Assembly: GCA_900316105.1 (NCBI GenBank)
Contig: ONBR01000001.1
Location: 7,528 to 71,527 of the forward strand
Origin: an uncultured Olsenella sp.
GTDB lineage: Bacteria > Actinomycetota > Coriobacteriia > Coriobacteriales > Atopobiaceae
Length of the DNA: 64,000 nucleotides
Reading direction: 5' to 3'
In this document: in pieces, positions 11,204 to 20,426 of the stretch
Layout: the number at the start of each line of letters is the position of its first letter
Position numbering within the stretch: position 1 is the stretch's first letter
Notes under the pieces: generated by a model
Told to the model about the DNA's origin: nothing
The model's database searches: none
The model's input: the letters and a program-made list of their open reading frames with translations, nothing else
Made by a program: the position numbers and the translations under genes

Positions 11204-11232
11204 ATAGTACACTCACCAGGAGCCGTTCACAA
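11204..11232 (-). promoter_or_regulatory. Candidate sigma-70-type promoter for rplC and downstream genes
   Basis: Minus strand reads TTGTGA, a 17-nt spacer, then TACTAT. It sits about 140 nt upstream of the rplC start and downstream of the rpsJ terminator. Confidence 0.4.
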
Positions 11233-11292
11233 TGTCTGCGCACAATTTTTCTGGGTCTTCTAGCTGGGATTCCATAAACCCCACACCCGGGC

Positions 11293-11370
11293 GTATCCAT
11301 AGGGGGTATCCATAGGGGGTACTCCCTTATGGATAAGGGAGTACCCCCTATGGATACCCCCTATGGATAC
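11293..11370. repeat. 78-bp near-perfect palindrome
   Basis: (GTATCCATAGGGG)x2-GTACTCCCTTAT-GG-ATAAGGGAGTAC-(CCCCTATGGATAC)x2. Every position is self-complementary except the central GG. Confidence 0.95.
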
Positions 11371-11404
11371 AAAAAGAGGGACCACCAGAGAACTGGCGGT
11401 CCCT
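11371..11404 (-). terminator. Intrinsic terminator directly after rpsJ
   Basis: Minus-strand hairpin AGGGACCGCCAG-UUCU-CTGGTGGTCCCT followed by CTTTTTGT. The single wobble is G-U only on the minus strand. Confidence 0.7.
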
Positions 11405-11441
11405 TCTAAAGCATTATCCAAAAGGGAGTACCCCTTGTGGC

Positions 11442-11750
11442 TTAGAGCTTAATCTCGATGTCGACGCCTGCGGGCAGGTCAAGACGCATCAGAGAGTCAA
11501 CCGTGGAGGAGCTGGGATCCACGATGTCGATCAGACGCTTGTGGGTGCGCATCTCGAACTGCTCACGGGAATCCTTGTCCTTGTGGGGCGAGCGAATGAC
11601 GGTGTAGACGCTGCGACGGGTGGGCAGGGGGATGGGGCCAGCAACGCGAGCGCCGGTCTTCTGAGCGGTGTCAACGATGAGCTTGGCAGACTGATCCACG
11701 ACCTCGTGGTCATAGCCCTTCAGGCGGATGCGAATCTTCTGGTTAGGCAC
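11442..11750 (-). CDS. rpsJ: 30S ribosomal protein S10 (uS10)
   Basis: [12 protein letters not shown] motif. I moved the start to the GTG at 11750, preceded by GGAGG at 8 nt, which gives the usual 102 aa; the track ORF extends to 11816. Confidence 0.93.
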   Translation of the reverse strand: MPNQKIRIRLKGYDHEVVDQSAKLIVDTAQKTGARVAGPIPLPTRRSVYTVIRSPHKDKDSREQFEMRTHKRLIDIVDPSSSTVDSLMRLDLPAGVDIEIKL

Positions 11751-11829
11751 GGTACTTACCTCCATCATGAGCGCGAAGCTCCGATATTGGGGTGCCCGCC
11801 CGCCTAAGGCGAGCACCCTGGTTGGTTAC

Positions 11830-13926
11830 TTAGTTGGCGCTTCCGCCATTCGCAGCGATGATCTGCTCACGGATGTTCTTGGGAACAGGCTCATAGGAGT
11901 CAAACTGCATGGTGTAGCTTGCACGACCCTGGGTCTGAGAACGAAGGTCGGTAGCATAGCCGAACATCTCGCCCAGAGGCACCTTGGCACGGATGACCTT
12001 GGTCGTTGCGCGGTCCTCCATGCCCTCGATCTTGCCACGGCGACCAGACAGGTTGCCCATGACGTCGCCCATGTACTGCTCGGGCGTCTCGACCTCTACC
12101 TGCTCGATGGGCTCGAGAAGGACGGGATCGGACTCCTGCAGGGCCTTCTTGATGGCCATGGAGCCAGCAACCTGGAAGGCAGCCTCGGAGGAGTCGACCT
12201 CGTGGTAGGAACCGTCGACCAGAGTGACCTTGATGTCCTGGACGGGGTAGCCGGCGATGACGCCAGCCTCCAGAGCACCCTGGATGCCCTTGTCGACAGA
12301 GGGGATGTACTCCTTGGGGATGGAGCCACCAACGGTAGCGTCCACGAACTCATAGCCAAAGCCAGGCTCCATGGGCTCCACGTCGATGATGGCGTCGCCG
12401 TACTGGCCACGACCACCGGACTGACGGACGAACTTGCCCTGGACGTGCTGGACTGCATGACCAGCAGTCTCACGGTAGGCAACCTGAGGCTTGCCCACGT
12501 TGCAGTCAACGTGGAACTCGCGGCGCAGACGGTCGACGATGATCTCCAGGTGCAGCTCTCCCATGCCGGCGATGATGGTCTGGCCGGTCTCGTGGTCGGT
12601 GTGCACGCGGAAGGTCGGGTCCTCCTCGGCGAGCTTGGCCAGACCAACGGACATCTTGTCCTGCTCGGCCTTGGACTTGGGCTCGACGGCGACGTCGATG
12701 ACGGGGTCAGCGAAGTCAATGGACTCGAGCACGATGGGGTGCTTCTCGTCACAGAGGGTGTCGCCAGTCTGGGTGTTCTTGAAGCCGACGCATGCAACGA
12801 TGTCGCCAGCGGAGCAAGCATCACGGTCGACACGGTCGTTGGCGTTCATCTCGAGGATGCGGCCCAGACGCTCACGGTGATCCTTGACGGAGTTATACAC
12901 GTAGGAGCCAGCCTCTGCGTGACCGGAGTACACGCGGATGTAGGTGAGCTTGCCGACGAAGGGGTCGGTCATGATCTTGAAGGCCAGGGCGCTGAAGGGC
13001 TCCTTGGGGTCGGCGTGACGGACCTCGGTATCGCCCTTGGTGTTGGTGCCGTCGATCTCCTTGACGTCCAGGGGGCTGGGCAGGTAGTCGACGACTGCGT
13101 CCAGGAGCTCCTGGATGCCCTTGTTCTTGTAGGCGGAGCCGACGAAGACGGGGTTGAGCTCGTTGGCGATGACGCCCTTGCGGATGGCATCCTTGAGCAG
13201 GTCGACGGGGATCTCCTCCTCCATCAGGACCTTCTCCATGAGCTCGTCAGAGTAGTTGGAGGCAGCGTCGAGCAGCTCTTCACGCTTCTCGTTGGCAAGG
13301 TCGACGAACTCCTCGGGAATGGCATCCATTGCCTCGGGGTAGATCATGCCCTTGGCGTCCTCCTTGAAGTCCCATGCAGTCATGGTGACGAGGTCGACGA
13401 GGCCCCAGAAGTTGGACTCAGCGCCCATGGGGATCTGTGCGGCTACGGCGACGGCGCCCAGACGATCCTTCATGGTCTCGATGGCGTGGAAGAAGTCAGC
13501 ACCAACGCGGTCGAACTTGTTGATGAAGGCAATGCGAGGAACACCGTAGTTTGCTGCCTGACGCCAAACGGTCTCGGACTGAGGCTGAACGCCAGCAACG
13601 GCGTCGAAGACAGCGACGGCGCCATCGAGGACGCGCAGGCAGCGCTCGACCTCAGCGGTGAAGTCAACGTGGCCCGGGGTGTCGATGATCTGAATGACGT
13701 GATCCTTCCAGAAGCACGTCGTAGCTGCGGAGGTAATGGTAACGCCGCGCTCCTGCTCCTGAACCATCCAGTCCATGGTAGCAGCACCGTCGTGAACCTC
13801 GCCGATCTTGTGGTTCTTGCCCGTGTAATAGAGGATGCGCTCGGTGGTAGTGGTCTTACCGGCATCGATGTGAGCCATGATGCCGATGTTGCGCATGTCT
13901 TCGAGCTTGTACTTGACTTTAGCCAT
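11830..13926 (-). CDS. fusA: Translation elongation factor G
   Basis: 698 aa with [21 protein letters not shown] and NKFD GTPase motifs. Confidence 0.98.
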   Translation of the reverse strand: MAKVKYKLEDMRNIGIMAHIDAGKTTTTERILYYTGKNHKIGEVHDGAATMDWMVQEQERGVTITSAATTCFWKDHVIQIIDTPGHVDFTAEVERCLRVLDGAVAVFDAVAGVQPQSETVWRQAANYGVPRIAFINKFDRVGADFFHAIETMKDRLGAVAVAAQIPMGAESNFWGLVDLVTMTAWDFKEDAKGMIYPEAMDAIPEEFVDLANEKREELLDAASNYSDELMEKVLMEEEIPVDLLKDAIRKGVIANELNPVFVGSAYKNKGIQELLDAVVDYLPSPLDVKEIDGTNTKGDTEVRHADPKEPFSALAFKIMTDPFVGKLTYIRVYSGHAEAGSYVYNSVKDHRERLGRILEMNANDRVDRDACSAGDIVACVGFKNTQTGDTLCDEKHPIVLESIDFADPVIDVAVEPKSKAEQDKMSVGLAKLAEEDPTFRVHTDHETGQTIIAGMGELHLEIIVDRLRREFHVDCNVGKPQVAYRETAGHAVQHVQGKFVRQSGGRGQYGDAIIDVEPMEPGFGYEFVDATVGGSIPKEYIPSVDKGIQGALEAGVIAGYPVQDIKVTLVDGSYHEVDSSEAAFQVAGSMAIKKALQESDPVLLEPIEQVEVETPEQYMGDVMGNLSGRRGKIEGMEDRATTKVIRAKVPLGEMFGYATDLRSQTQGRASYTMQFDSYEPVPKNIREQIIAANGGSAN

Positions 13927-13945
13927 GTAAGGTTGCTCCTAAAGA

Positions 13946-14416
13946 CTAGAAACGGTAGTGGGAGAAGGCGCGGTTGGCCTCTGCCATCTTGAAGAGGTCC
14001 TCGCGACGCTTGACGGAAGCGCCAACGCCGTTGGCGGCGTCCATGATCTCGTTGGCAAGACGCTGGGCCATGGTGTTCTCCTTGCGAGCGCGGGAGAAGT
14101 TGACGATCCAGCGGATGGCCAGGGTGGTAGCACGACGGGAGTTGACCTCCATGGGCACCTGATAGGTGGCGCCACCGACACGCTTGGGCTTGACCTCAAG
14201 GGTAGGACGGACATTGTCCATGGCCTTCTTGAAGACAGCCAGAGGATCGTCGTTGGTCTTCTCCTTGACGATGTCAAAGGCACCATAGACGATGCGCTCT
14301 GCGGTGGCCTTCTTGCCATCCAGGAGGACCTTGTTGATGAGCTGGGTCACGAGACGGTTGTTATAGACGGCGTCGGGATTGACCTCTCGACGGGTTGCTG
14401 CTGCACGACGCGGCAT
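13946..14416 (-). CDS. rpsG: 30S ribosomal protein S7 (uS7)
   Basis: 156-aa uS7-type sequence between rpsL and fusA. Confidence 0.97.
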   Translation of the reverse strand: MPRRAAATRREVNPDAVYNNRLVTQLINKVLLDGKKATAERIVYGAFDIVKEKTNDDPLAVFKKAMDNVRPTLEVKPKRVGGATYQVPMEVNSRRATTLAIRWIVNFSRARKENTMAQRLANEIMDAANGVGASVKRREDLFKMAEANRAFSHYRF

Positions 14417-14463
14417 GTTGTATCTCCTAAGAACTGAAAGCTGCTAAATCAGGGAAACGCGGG

Positions 14464-14838
14464 CTACTCCTTGGGACGCTTTGCGCCGTAGCGGGAGCGG
14501 GCCTTCTTGCGATCCTGGACTGCAGCGCAGTCATAGGCACCGCGGATAATCTTGTAACGAACACCAGGGAGGTCACGAACACGGCCGCCACGGATCAGGA
14601 CGATGGAGTGCTCCTGCAGGTTGTGGCCCTCGCCGGGGATGTAGGCGGTAACCTCGATGCCGTTGACGAGACGGACACGGGCGACCTTACGAAGTGCAGA
14701 GTTAGGCTTCTTGGGCGTGGTGGTGAAGACACGCGTGCAGACGCCACGCTTCTGCGGGTTGTGCTGCAGTGCGGCGTTCTTGGACTTGGCCTTCTGGGAG
14801 GCGCGGCCCTGACGGACGAGCTGGTTGATAGTAGGCAA
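14464..14838 (-). CDS. rpsL: 30S ribosomal protein S12 (uS12)
   Basis: [12 protein letters not shown]-terminus. The start is set at TTG 14838, preceded by AAGGAG, giving 124 aa; the track ORF extends to 14895. Confidence 0.93.
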   Translation of the reverse strand: MPTINQLVRQGRASQKAKSKNAALQHNPQKRGVCTRVFTTTPKKPNSALRKVARVRLVNGIEVTAYIPGEGHNLQEHSIVLIRGGRVRDLPGVRYKIIRGAYDCAAVQDRKKARSRYGAKRPKE

Positions 14839-14970
14839 AGCTTCTCTCCTTAATAGGAACGAACGGTATGTGGTGCGCGAGCACCTATGCATCAAGGAGA
14901 ATGCAGCACCACTCTCCTGGATCGTCTGATCCTGCGGCAGACATAATCATCCACGCACATGCGATTCGCT

Positions 14971-14999
14971 ACAATACCCCCTTGTGGCTGCGATGTCAA
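14971..14999 (-). promoter_or_regulatory. Candidate promoter of the rpsL-rpsG-fusA-rpsJ unit
   Basis: Minus strand reads TTGACA, a 17-nt spacer, then TATTGT, about 125 nt upstream of the rpsL start. Confidence 0.5.
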
Positions 15000-15050
15000 A
15001 ATACCACGGTTCCGGGCGTATACATCGGTCACAAGAAGCACACAGGCGAA

Positions 15051-15129
15051 GATGGCCCCGTGGCTTTGTCCAGTGCCCGAACGGCTCGCCTTGCGAGATC
15101 CGCGCCTGGACAAAGCCGCCGGGGCCATC
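15051..15129. repeat. Long imperfect inverted repeat (23/24-nt arms, 32-nt spacer)
   Basis: GATGGCCCCGTGGCTTTGTCCAG ... CTGGACAAAGCCGCCGGGGCCATC, with an inner CTCGC-CTT-GCGAG hairpin. Confidence 0.8.
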
Positions 15130-15174
15130 GTATTCGCTTGTGCACAGATTCTTCGGCATGAAAGGAATATGGTG

Positions 15175-15209
15175 CGGGGGCGGGACCCCTTTGGGATTCT
15201 CCGCCCCCG
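15175..15209 (-). terminator. Hairpin terminator after the arsR-family gene (possibly bidirectional)
   Basis: CGGGGGCGG ... CCGCCCCCG 9-bp stem, 38 nt after the stop. The T-run lies on the plus side and an A-run on the other side. Confidence 0.45.
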
Positions 15210-15246
15210 TCCTTTTATAACTATTTTTCCATTGCCGCCTTGCCGT

Positions 15247-15591
15247 CTACTCGTCCGTTTCGGGATGGGCGGCTTCGGCGGCGTGGGAGAGGCCTATGGC
15301 TAAGAGGTCGCTTACGTGCTCGTCTGCCAGGAAATAGATCATGCGCTGGCCCTCTCGACGAGCGGCAACCAAGCCACGATCGCGTAGGAGCCTGAGCTGA
15401 TGGGAGATGGCAGACTGGGACACGCGACAGACCTCCTGGAGGTCGGAGACGCTCTTTTCACCACGGGCCAGCTGACCGAGAATCTGGAAGCGCGTGAAGT
15501 CCGACAGCGCATCAAAAATCTGCGTCGCGCTGTAGACGATGTCGTCGTCTTCCAGAAGGCCCCTGAGCTCTGTGTCGCGGCAATGCTTCAT
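15247..15591 (-). CDS. ArsR/SmtB-family transcriptional regulator
   Basis: Winged-helix HTH segment FTRFQILGQLARGEKSVSDLQEVCRVSQSAISHQLRLLRDRGLV. Confidence 0.85.
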   Translation of the reverse strand: MKHCRDTELRGLLEDDDIVYSATQIFDALSDFTRFQILGQLARGEKSVSDLQEVCRVSQSAISHQLRLLRDRGLVAARREGQRMIYFLADEHVSDLLAIGLSHAAEAAHPETDE

Positions 15592-15621
15592 TCCGTCTGC
15601 AAATCCCCTCTCCTCAAGGCG

Positions 15622-16899
15622 TTAGATGCTTGCCAGCGCCTGCTCCACGTCGCCCACCAGGTCCTCCGTGCCCTCCAGGCCGCAGGACATGCGGACCATT
15701 GCCGGCGAGATGCCAGCTGCAACCAACTCCTCGTCAGTCATCTGGCGATGGGTGGAGCTGGCCGGGTGCAGGCAGCAGCTGCGCGCATCGGCAACATGCG
15801 TCTCGATGGCAAAGACCTTGAGCGCCGCCATGAACTTCTCTGCGGCGGCACGTCCACCAGCCACCTCAAAGCTTACGACACCACAGGAGCCATTGGGCAG
15901 GTACTTTTTCGCTAGATCGTAGGAGGAGTCACCAGGCAGGCTGGGGTAATTGACCTTCGCGACCTTGTCGCTTTGCGACAGGAACTGGGCCAGGGCCATG
16001 CCGTTCTTGCAATGCTGTGGCATGCGGACGTGCAGGGACTCAAGGCCGAGATTCAGGATGAATGCGTTCTGCGGGCTGGGGATGGAGCCAAAGTCACGCA
16101 TGAGCTGCGAGGTGGCCTTGGTGATGAAGGCACCCTCCTTGCCGAACTTCTCCGCATACACGATGCCGTGGTAGGACTCGTCGGGCGTGGTCAGACCAGG
16201 AAACTTGTCAGCGTGAGCCATCCAGTCGAACTTGCCCGCATCAACGATGGCGCCGCCAACCGTGGCACCATGGCCATCCATGTACTTTGTCGTGGAGTGG
16301 GTGACGATGTCCGCACCCCACTCGATGGGACGACAGTTAACGGGCGTGGGGAAGGTATTGTCCACGATCAGGGGAACGCCATGGGCATGTGCGGCCTGGG
16401 CGAACTTCTCGATGTCCAAGACAGTCAGGGCAGGGTTGGCGATGGTCTCACCAAAGACGCACTTCGTGTTGGGCTGGAAGGCGGCGTCGAGCTCCTCGGG
16501 AGTGCAGTCGGGAGCCACGAAGGTGGTCTGGATACCCATCTTTTGCAGCGTGTGGGCAAGGAGGTTGAAGGTTCCGCCATAGATGGTCTGGCTGGCTACC
16601 ACGTGGTCACCGCACTCGCAGATGTTGAAGACGGCAAAGAAGTTTGCCGCCTGGCCGGAGCTCGTCAGCATGGCTGCCGCGCCGCCCTCCAGGGAGGCGA
16701 TCTTTGCTGCCACATGGTCATTGGTCGGATTCTGCAAGCGCGTGTAGAAGTAGCCCTCGTCCTCCAGGTCAAAGAGACGACCCATGGCGTCAGAGGTGTC
16801 GTACTTGAAGGTAGTGGACAGGACGATAGGGAGCTGACGGGGCTCACCGTTTTGCGGGGTATATCCTGCCTGGACGCAACGGGTGTCAATGCTCTGCAT
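15622..16899 (-). CDS. metY: O-acetylhomoserine sulfhydrylase (PLP-dependent Cys/Met metabolism enzyme)
   Basis: Cys/Met PLP family pattern including the HSTTKYMDGHG lysine motif. The start is set at ATG 16899 after GGAGAAGGG. Confidence 0.88.
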   Translation of the reverse strand: MQSIDTRCVQAGYTPQNGEPRQLPIVLSTTFKYDTSDAMGRLFDLEDEGYFYTRLQNPTNDHVAAKIASLEGGAAAMLTSSGQAANFFAVFNICECGDHVVASQTIYGGTFNLLAHTLQKMGIQTTFVAPDCTPEELDAAFQPNTKCVFGETIANPALTVLDIEKFAQAAHAHGVPLIVDNTFPTPVNCRPIEWGADIVTHSTTKYMDGHGATVGGAIVDAGKFDWMAHADKFPGLTTPDESYHGIVYAEKFGKEGAFITKATSQLMRDFGSIPSPQNAFILNLGLESLHVRMPQHCKNGMALAQFLSQSDKVAKVNYPSLPGDSSYDLAKKYLPNGSCGVVSFEVAGGRAAAEKFMAALKVFAIETHVADARSCCLHPASSTHRQMTDEELVAAGISPAMVRMSCGLEGTEDLVGDVEQALASI

Positions 16900-16996
16900 G
16901 GTAGATCCCTTCTCCAGGCACGCGCGGCAACACTCTGAAACACGAGGCAGCAACAACGCCTGGTTACATGAAATTAGAACGCCTCACCATGATAGC

Positions 16997-17788
16997 CTAC
17001 AGCTCCATGTCAAAGAATCGCTGATAACGGTCGAGCACCCCAGGCTCGTTGAGACTCGAGCGGAAGGTAACGGAACCTTCCCCCATCGAGCAGGTCAGGA
17101 GTCCGTGCTCGCGCAGGACCTCATGCAGATGACGGGCCGTACCCTCTCCCCCATCAAAGAAGGGTACGTCCCCTAGGACCTCGCGAATCTGTCTGACGAC
17201 AAAGGGGTAGTGTGTGCAGCCCAACACCACGGAATCGACCTTGTCCCGATACTGACCGACCAAATCCACCAGAAGCTCGTGCAGGTCGGGAGCCTCAAGC
17301 TCCCCCTGTTCGATACGGTGGGCCAGTCCCACGCAGGGCACGGCGATGACCTCAGAGTCGGAGCCATATTCCTCGGCCAGGCGATGGAACTTGTCGAGCT
17401 TCAGGGTGACAGGAGTGGCCATCACCAGGATACGACGGTGAGGGTCATGCTCGGTCGCGGGCTTCAGGGCTGGCTCGACCCCCAGAATGGGAAGGTCCGG
17501 CCTCTCGGCGCGCAGAGTAGCCGCAGCGACGGAGGTAGCCGTATTGCAGGCTATGACGATGGCCTTCGCGCCTTCCGCGACCATGTCCTCCACAATGGAG
17601 CGGGAATAGCCCAGAATCTGCTCGTTGCTCTTGTCCCCATAGGGGTTGTGGGCAGAGTCGCCAAAAAAGACGAAGTCCTCGTGAGGGAGCTCGGCCGTCA
17701 GGCACCTGAGCACGCTGATGCCACCCAGACCAGAGTCGAATACGCCCACGAAGCCGTCGTCGTGCCCATCAGAACACGCCTTGTCCAT
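16997..17788 (-). CDS. murI: Glutamate racemase
   Basis: VGVFDSGLGGISVL, ACNTATS and GCTHYPF motifs. The start is set at ATG 17788 after GAAGGAG; the track ORF is N-terminally over-extended. Confidence 0.9.
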   Translation of the reverse strand: MDKACSDGHDDGFVGVFDSGLGGISVLRCLTAELPHEDFVFFGDSAHNPYGDKSNEQILGYSRSIVEDMVAEGAKAIVIACNTATSVAAATLRAERPDLPILGVEPALKPATEHDPHRRILVMATPVTLKLDKFHRLAEEYGSDSEVIAVPCVGLAHRIEQGELEAPDLHELLVDLVGQYRDKVDSVVLGCTHYPFVVRQIREVLGDVPFFDGGEGTARHLHEVLREHGLLTCSMGEGSVTFRSSLNEPGVLDRYQRFFDMEL

Positions 17789-18061
17789 GCCCAAAAGCTC
17801 CTTCTCTTCTCCCCGTATACGACAGCGAGTATCAGCGGCTAGCATACCCATAGAGGACTGAGGACCAGTCGTTGCCGCGGACATGCCCATAGAACCCCAA
17901 GCGCCGACCACAAAACGCTGCCAGGAAATCGCATTTGTGGTCTCAGCATAGCAAAGACACACCGCCGTGCCAGAGGATTGGCCTTTCGGGTACAGTTTCA
18001 TAGCGTCAATCAAATGGCGCCCACAGAAGGCGCCGCCCCACAAGAGACTGAGGAGACTCAA

Positions 18062-18493
18062 ATGAGCAACGAAGGCAAGAAGGTCAAGGTCCACTACACC
18101 GGCACCCTGGACGATGGCACGAAGTTCGACTCATCCTACGACCGCAACGAGCCGTTGGAGTTCACCTGCATGGCCGGCCAGATGATTCCCGGCTTTGACC
18201 GCGCCGTAAAGGACATGGCCGTCGGTCAGAAGCTGACCGTCCACCTGGAGCCCAAGGACGCCTACGGCGAGTGGCACGAGGAGCTCGTCCAGCAGGTCCC
18301 CATGGACAAGGTTCCCGAGAACGTCCGCGGTGTCAGCGTGGGCGACAAGCTCATGGTCCAGACCATGCAGGGTTATGCAGTTCCCGTAACCGTCTCCAAG
18401 GTGACTCCCGAGGGCATCTGGCTCGACACCAACCATGAGCTGGCAGGCAAGCCCCTCAACTTCGAGATCGAGCTCATCGAGGTCGAGGACTAG
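18062..18493 (+). CDS. FKBP-type peptidyl-prolyl cis-trans isomerase (SlyD-like, no His tail)
   Basis: VKVHYTGTLDDGTKFDSSYDRNEPLEF...IPGFD pattern. The start is at ATG 18062 after GAGGAG. Confidence 0.85.
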   Translation: MSNEGKKVKVHYTGTLDDGTKFDSSYDRNEPLEFTCMAGQMIPGFDRAVKDMAVGQKLTVHLEPKDAYGEWHEELVQQVPMDKVPENVRGVSVGDKLMVQTMQGYAVPVTVSKVTPEGIWLDTNHELAGKPLNFEIELIEVED

Positions 18494-18557
18494 TACAGAC
18501 GTTTCCCCCTTGTCCAAGTCGAGTCGAGAGTCGATGCCGGCCGTTTTTGGCGCGAGC

Positions 18558-20324
18558 CTATAGCAGGGTCACCCTATTTCGACCAGATTCCTTCGAGCGA
18601 TAGAGAGCCTTGTCCGCACGGCAGAAGAGCGTATCCGCATCATCTTCGGATGTTCCACAGGTTACGCCCACGCTGATGGTGACCTTGCCATGAGTCTTCT
18701 TCTCCACGCCAGAGAAGTCGGCATTCTCTACAGCCCGTCGGATGCGCTCGCCCATCTCCAGCGACATCTCGGGATTCATGCCGCGCGCGATAATCAGGAA
18801 CTCGTCTCCGCCCCAACGTCCTTGTATGTCATCCGACCGGATGGCCTTGCTCACACAAGAGCTCACCTCGCGTAGGACGCGATCGCCTTCCGTATGGCTG
18901 CAGCAGTCGTTAACCTGCTTGAACCCATCGATGTCGTACATGATCAAGGTAAGCGACTTGCTGTGGGCCAGATTCTCCAGCATCGCCGAGAGGCTGCTCA
19001 TGATAGAGCGCCTATTGGGAATACCAGTAAGCTCGTCAATGCGAGAAAGCTCGCCCAGGCGGGCATTGCTACTCCTGAGCTCCTTGGTTGTCATCTCCAG
19101 GAAGGTGACCAGCCTCTCGGCTCGAGTCTTCAGACGACTGTCCGCTCTGAGCTGCTCGTCCACAAGCTCTGGCTGAATCTCCTCGACCGTGGGCTCACCC
19201 TCCCTAAGGGCGAGGACGACCAGGGTGCTATTGAGGATGCCACCAGAAGTGCCCTTCATGTAGAGCTCGCCAAAGCCACTGGCAAAGACCAGCTCGGGAC
19301 AGAGCCTTTGGAAGTAGGCAATCTCGCGTCCCTCGGCGGCATCCCCCAGGAAGGCTCTTCTGTTCAGGCAGGGACTCATGACCACGGCCTGGGGCGCAAA
19401 GGTGCGCAGGCCATTCGCCAGGTCAAGAGACCTCTGCAAGAGATAGTCTACCTTCGAGTACGAGAGCGAGACGTAGTCGTCCTCCTGGAAGTCACTGGAG
19501 AAGAACAGTTCGCCCTCGTCGCCCGTGCGAATTGCCACATGAGCCACGGGAAGGTCGTTGCTGTAGGTGATCAGGGGGAAGGGCAGGGCCAGACCCCCAA
19601 AGTCGTCCCCTGGATCTATCTCCAGGTAACGCTCGTAGAGCTCGGCCGCTGGCCGACCGTCAATCGTCTTTATGCCACCCTTGCACACCTCGGTAATCTG
19701 GTGCTCCCTGCCCAGGGGGCGCCATCCCAAGCTGTAGCAGTCGTGAGCGCGCAGGTCCTTACCACAGAAGGCGACAATGACCAGCATGTCGTGCGAGACT
19801 CCCTCATCCGTAAAGACGAGGGACCTGTCGACAACGGTCTGGGGACTGCCCGCCTGCATGCCCGAGAAGGTGACCTCGGGAAACGCCGCAGAGACCTTCT
19901 CGAGGAATGCATTGCAGGGACGGAAGGCATTTGCGGTAAAGACCAGGGCGGCCTTGAAGTCACTGCATCCGCGTATATGCGAGATGAAGTCATCAGCTGC
20001 CTGATCAAAGCTGTATTCAGCGTAGGGGTATGCAAAGACCTGTGCCTGACTCGAGTCAAACTCCAGGAGGCTGAAGGCGGTACTGGAGTACTGAGGCGTG
20101 TCAAAGAGGCTGACCCAATGCCGCGAGACACCGGCCACCGGAAGCTGTGGACAATGCTTGCGAATTGCAGATAGGTGGCGCTCGATTCGTTCGACATCAT
20201 CCGTGGGCTCGACCATCAGAAGCAAGCGAGAGCTTGAATCATGCATAGCACAGTCCCTCTTGATGAGACTTGTGATGTCATCAAGATTGCTGTCGTCTGC
20301 TAGTTCATAGGTTGTCTGACGCAT
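18558..20324 (-). CDS. Diguanylate cyclase with an N-terminal FIST-like sensor region
   Basis: The C-terminal GGDEF domain reads LTGIPNRR...YDIDGFKQVND...RSDDIQGRWGGDEF, with an RxxD I-site. The N-terminal 380 aa end in a GFGELY motif reminiscent of FIST_C. Confidence 0.8.
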   Translation of the reverse strand: MRQTTYELADDSNLDDITSLIKRDCAMHDSSSRLLLMVEPTDDVERIERHLSAIRKHCPQLPVAGVSRHWVSLFDTPQYSSTAFSLLEFDSSQAQVFAYPYAEYSFDQAADDFISHIRGCSDFKAALVFTANAFRPCNAFLEKVSAAFPEVTFSGMQAGSPQTVVDRSLVFTDEGVSHDMLVIVAFCGKDLRAHDCYSLGWRPLGREHQITEVCKGGIKTIDGRPAAELYERYLEIDPGDDFGGLALPFPLITYSNDLPVAHVAIRTGDEGELFFSSDFQEDDYVSLSYSKVDYLLQRSLDLANGLRTFAPQAVVMSPCLNRRAFLGDAAEGREIAYFQRLCPELVFASGFGELYMKGTSGGILNSTLVVLALREGEPTVEEIQPELVDEQLRADSRLKTRAERLVTFLEMTTKELRSSNARLGELSRIDELTGIPNRRSIMSSLSAMLENLAHSKSLTLIMYDIDGFKQVNDCCSHTEGDRVLREVSSCVSKAIRSDDIQGRWGGDEFLIIARGMNPEMSLEMGERIRRAVENADFSGVEKKTHGKVTISVGVTCGTSEDDADTLFCRADKALYRSKESGRNRVTLL

Positions 20325-20426
20325 AATCGCCCCTTAGTTTGTATTCTTGATTGTATACAAAGGGTGAGACAACAACCAATGCAGCTAGCTAAAAGATGGT
20401 TAAGGGACAGTAAGTGCCCGTCCCGG

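Noticed and set aside
11293-11370. Possibility that the tandem GTATCCATAGGGG units represent a mini CRISPR array
   Set aside because: There are only two 13-nt units per arm with no spacers, and the whole structure is one palindrome. No cas genes are in the window.
11728-13992. 754-aa plus-strand ORF, the longest in this part of the track
   Set aside because: It lies entirely antisense to fusA, whose EF-G identity is unambiguous. The translation is Gly/Asp/Val/Leu/Ala-rich low complexity, typical of antisense frames in high-GC genes, and it has no ribosome-binding site.
18894-20174. 426-aa plus-strand ORF
   Set aside because: It is antisense to the FIST-GGDEF gene, which has clear domain motifs. 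The ORF has no SD and a shadow-ORF composition. The same reasoning applies to 37472-38512, 36848-37414, 43052-44125, 51200-52171 and 58091-58672.
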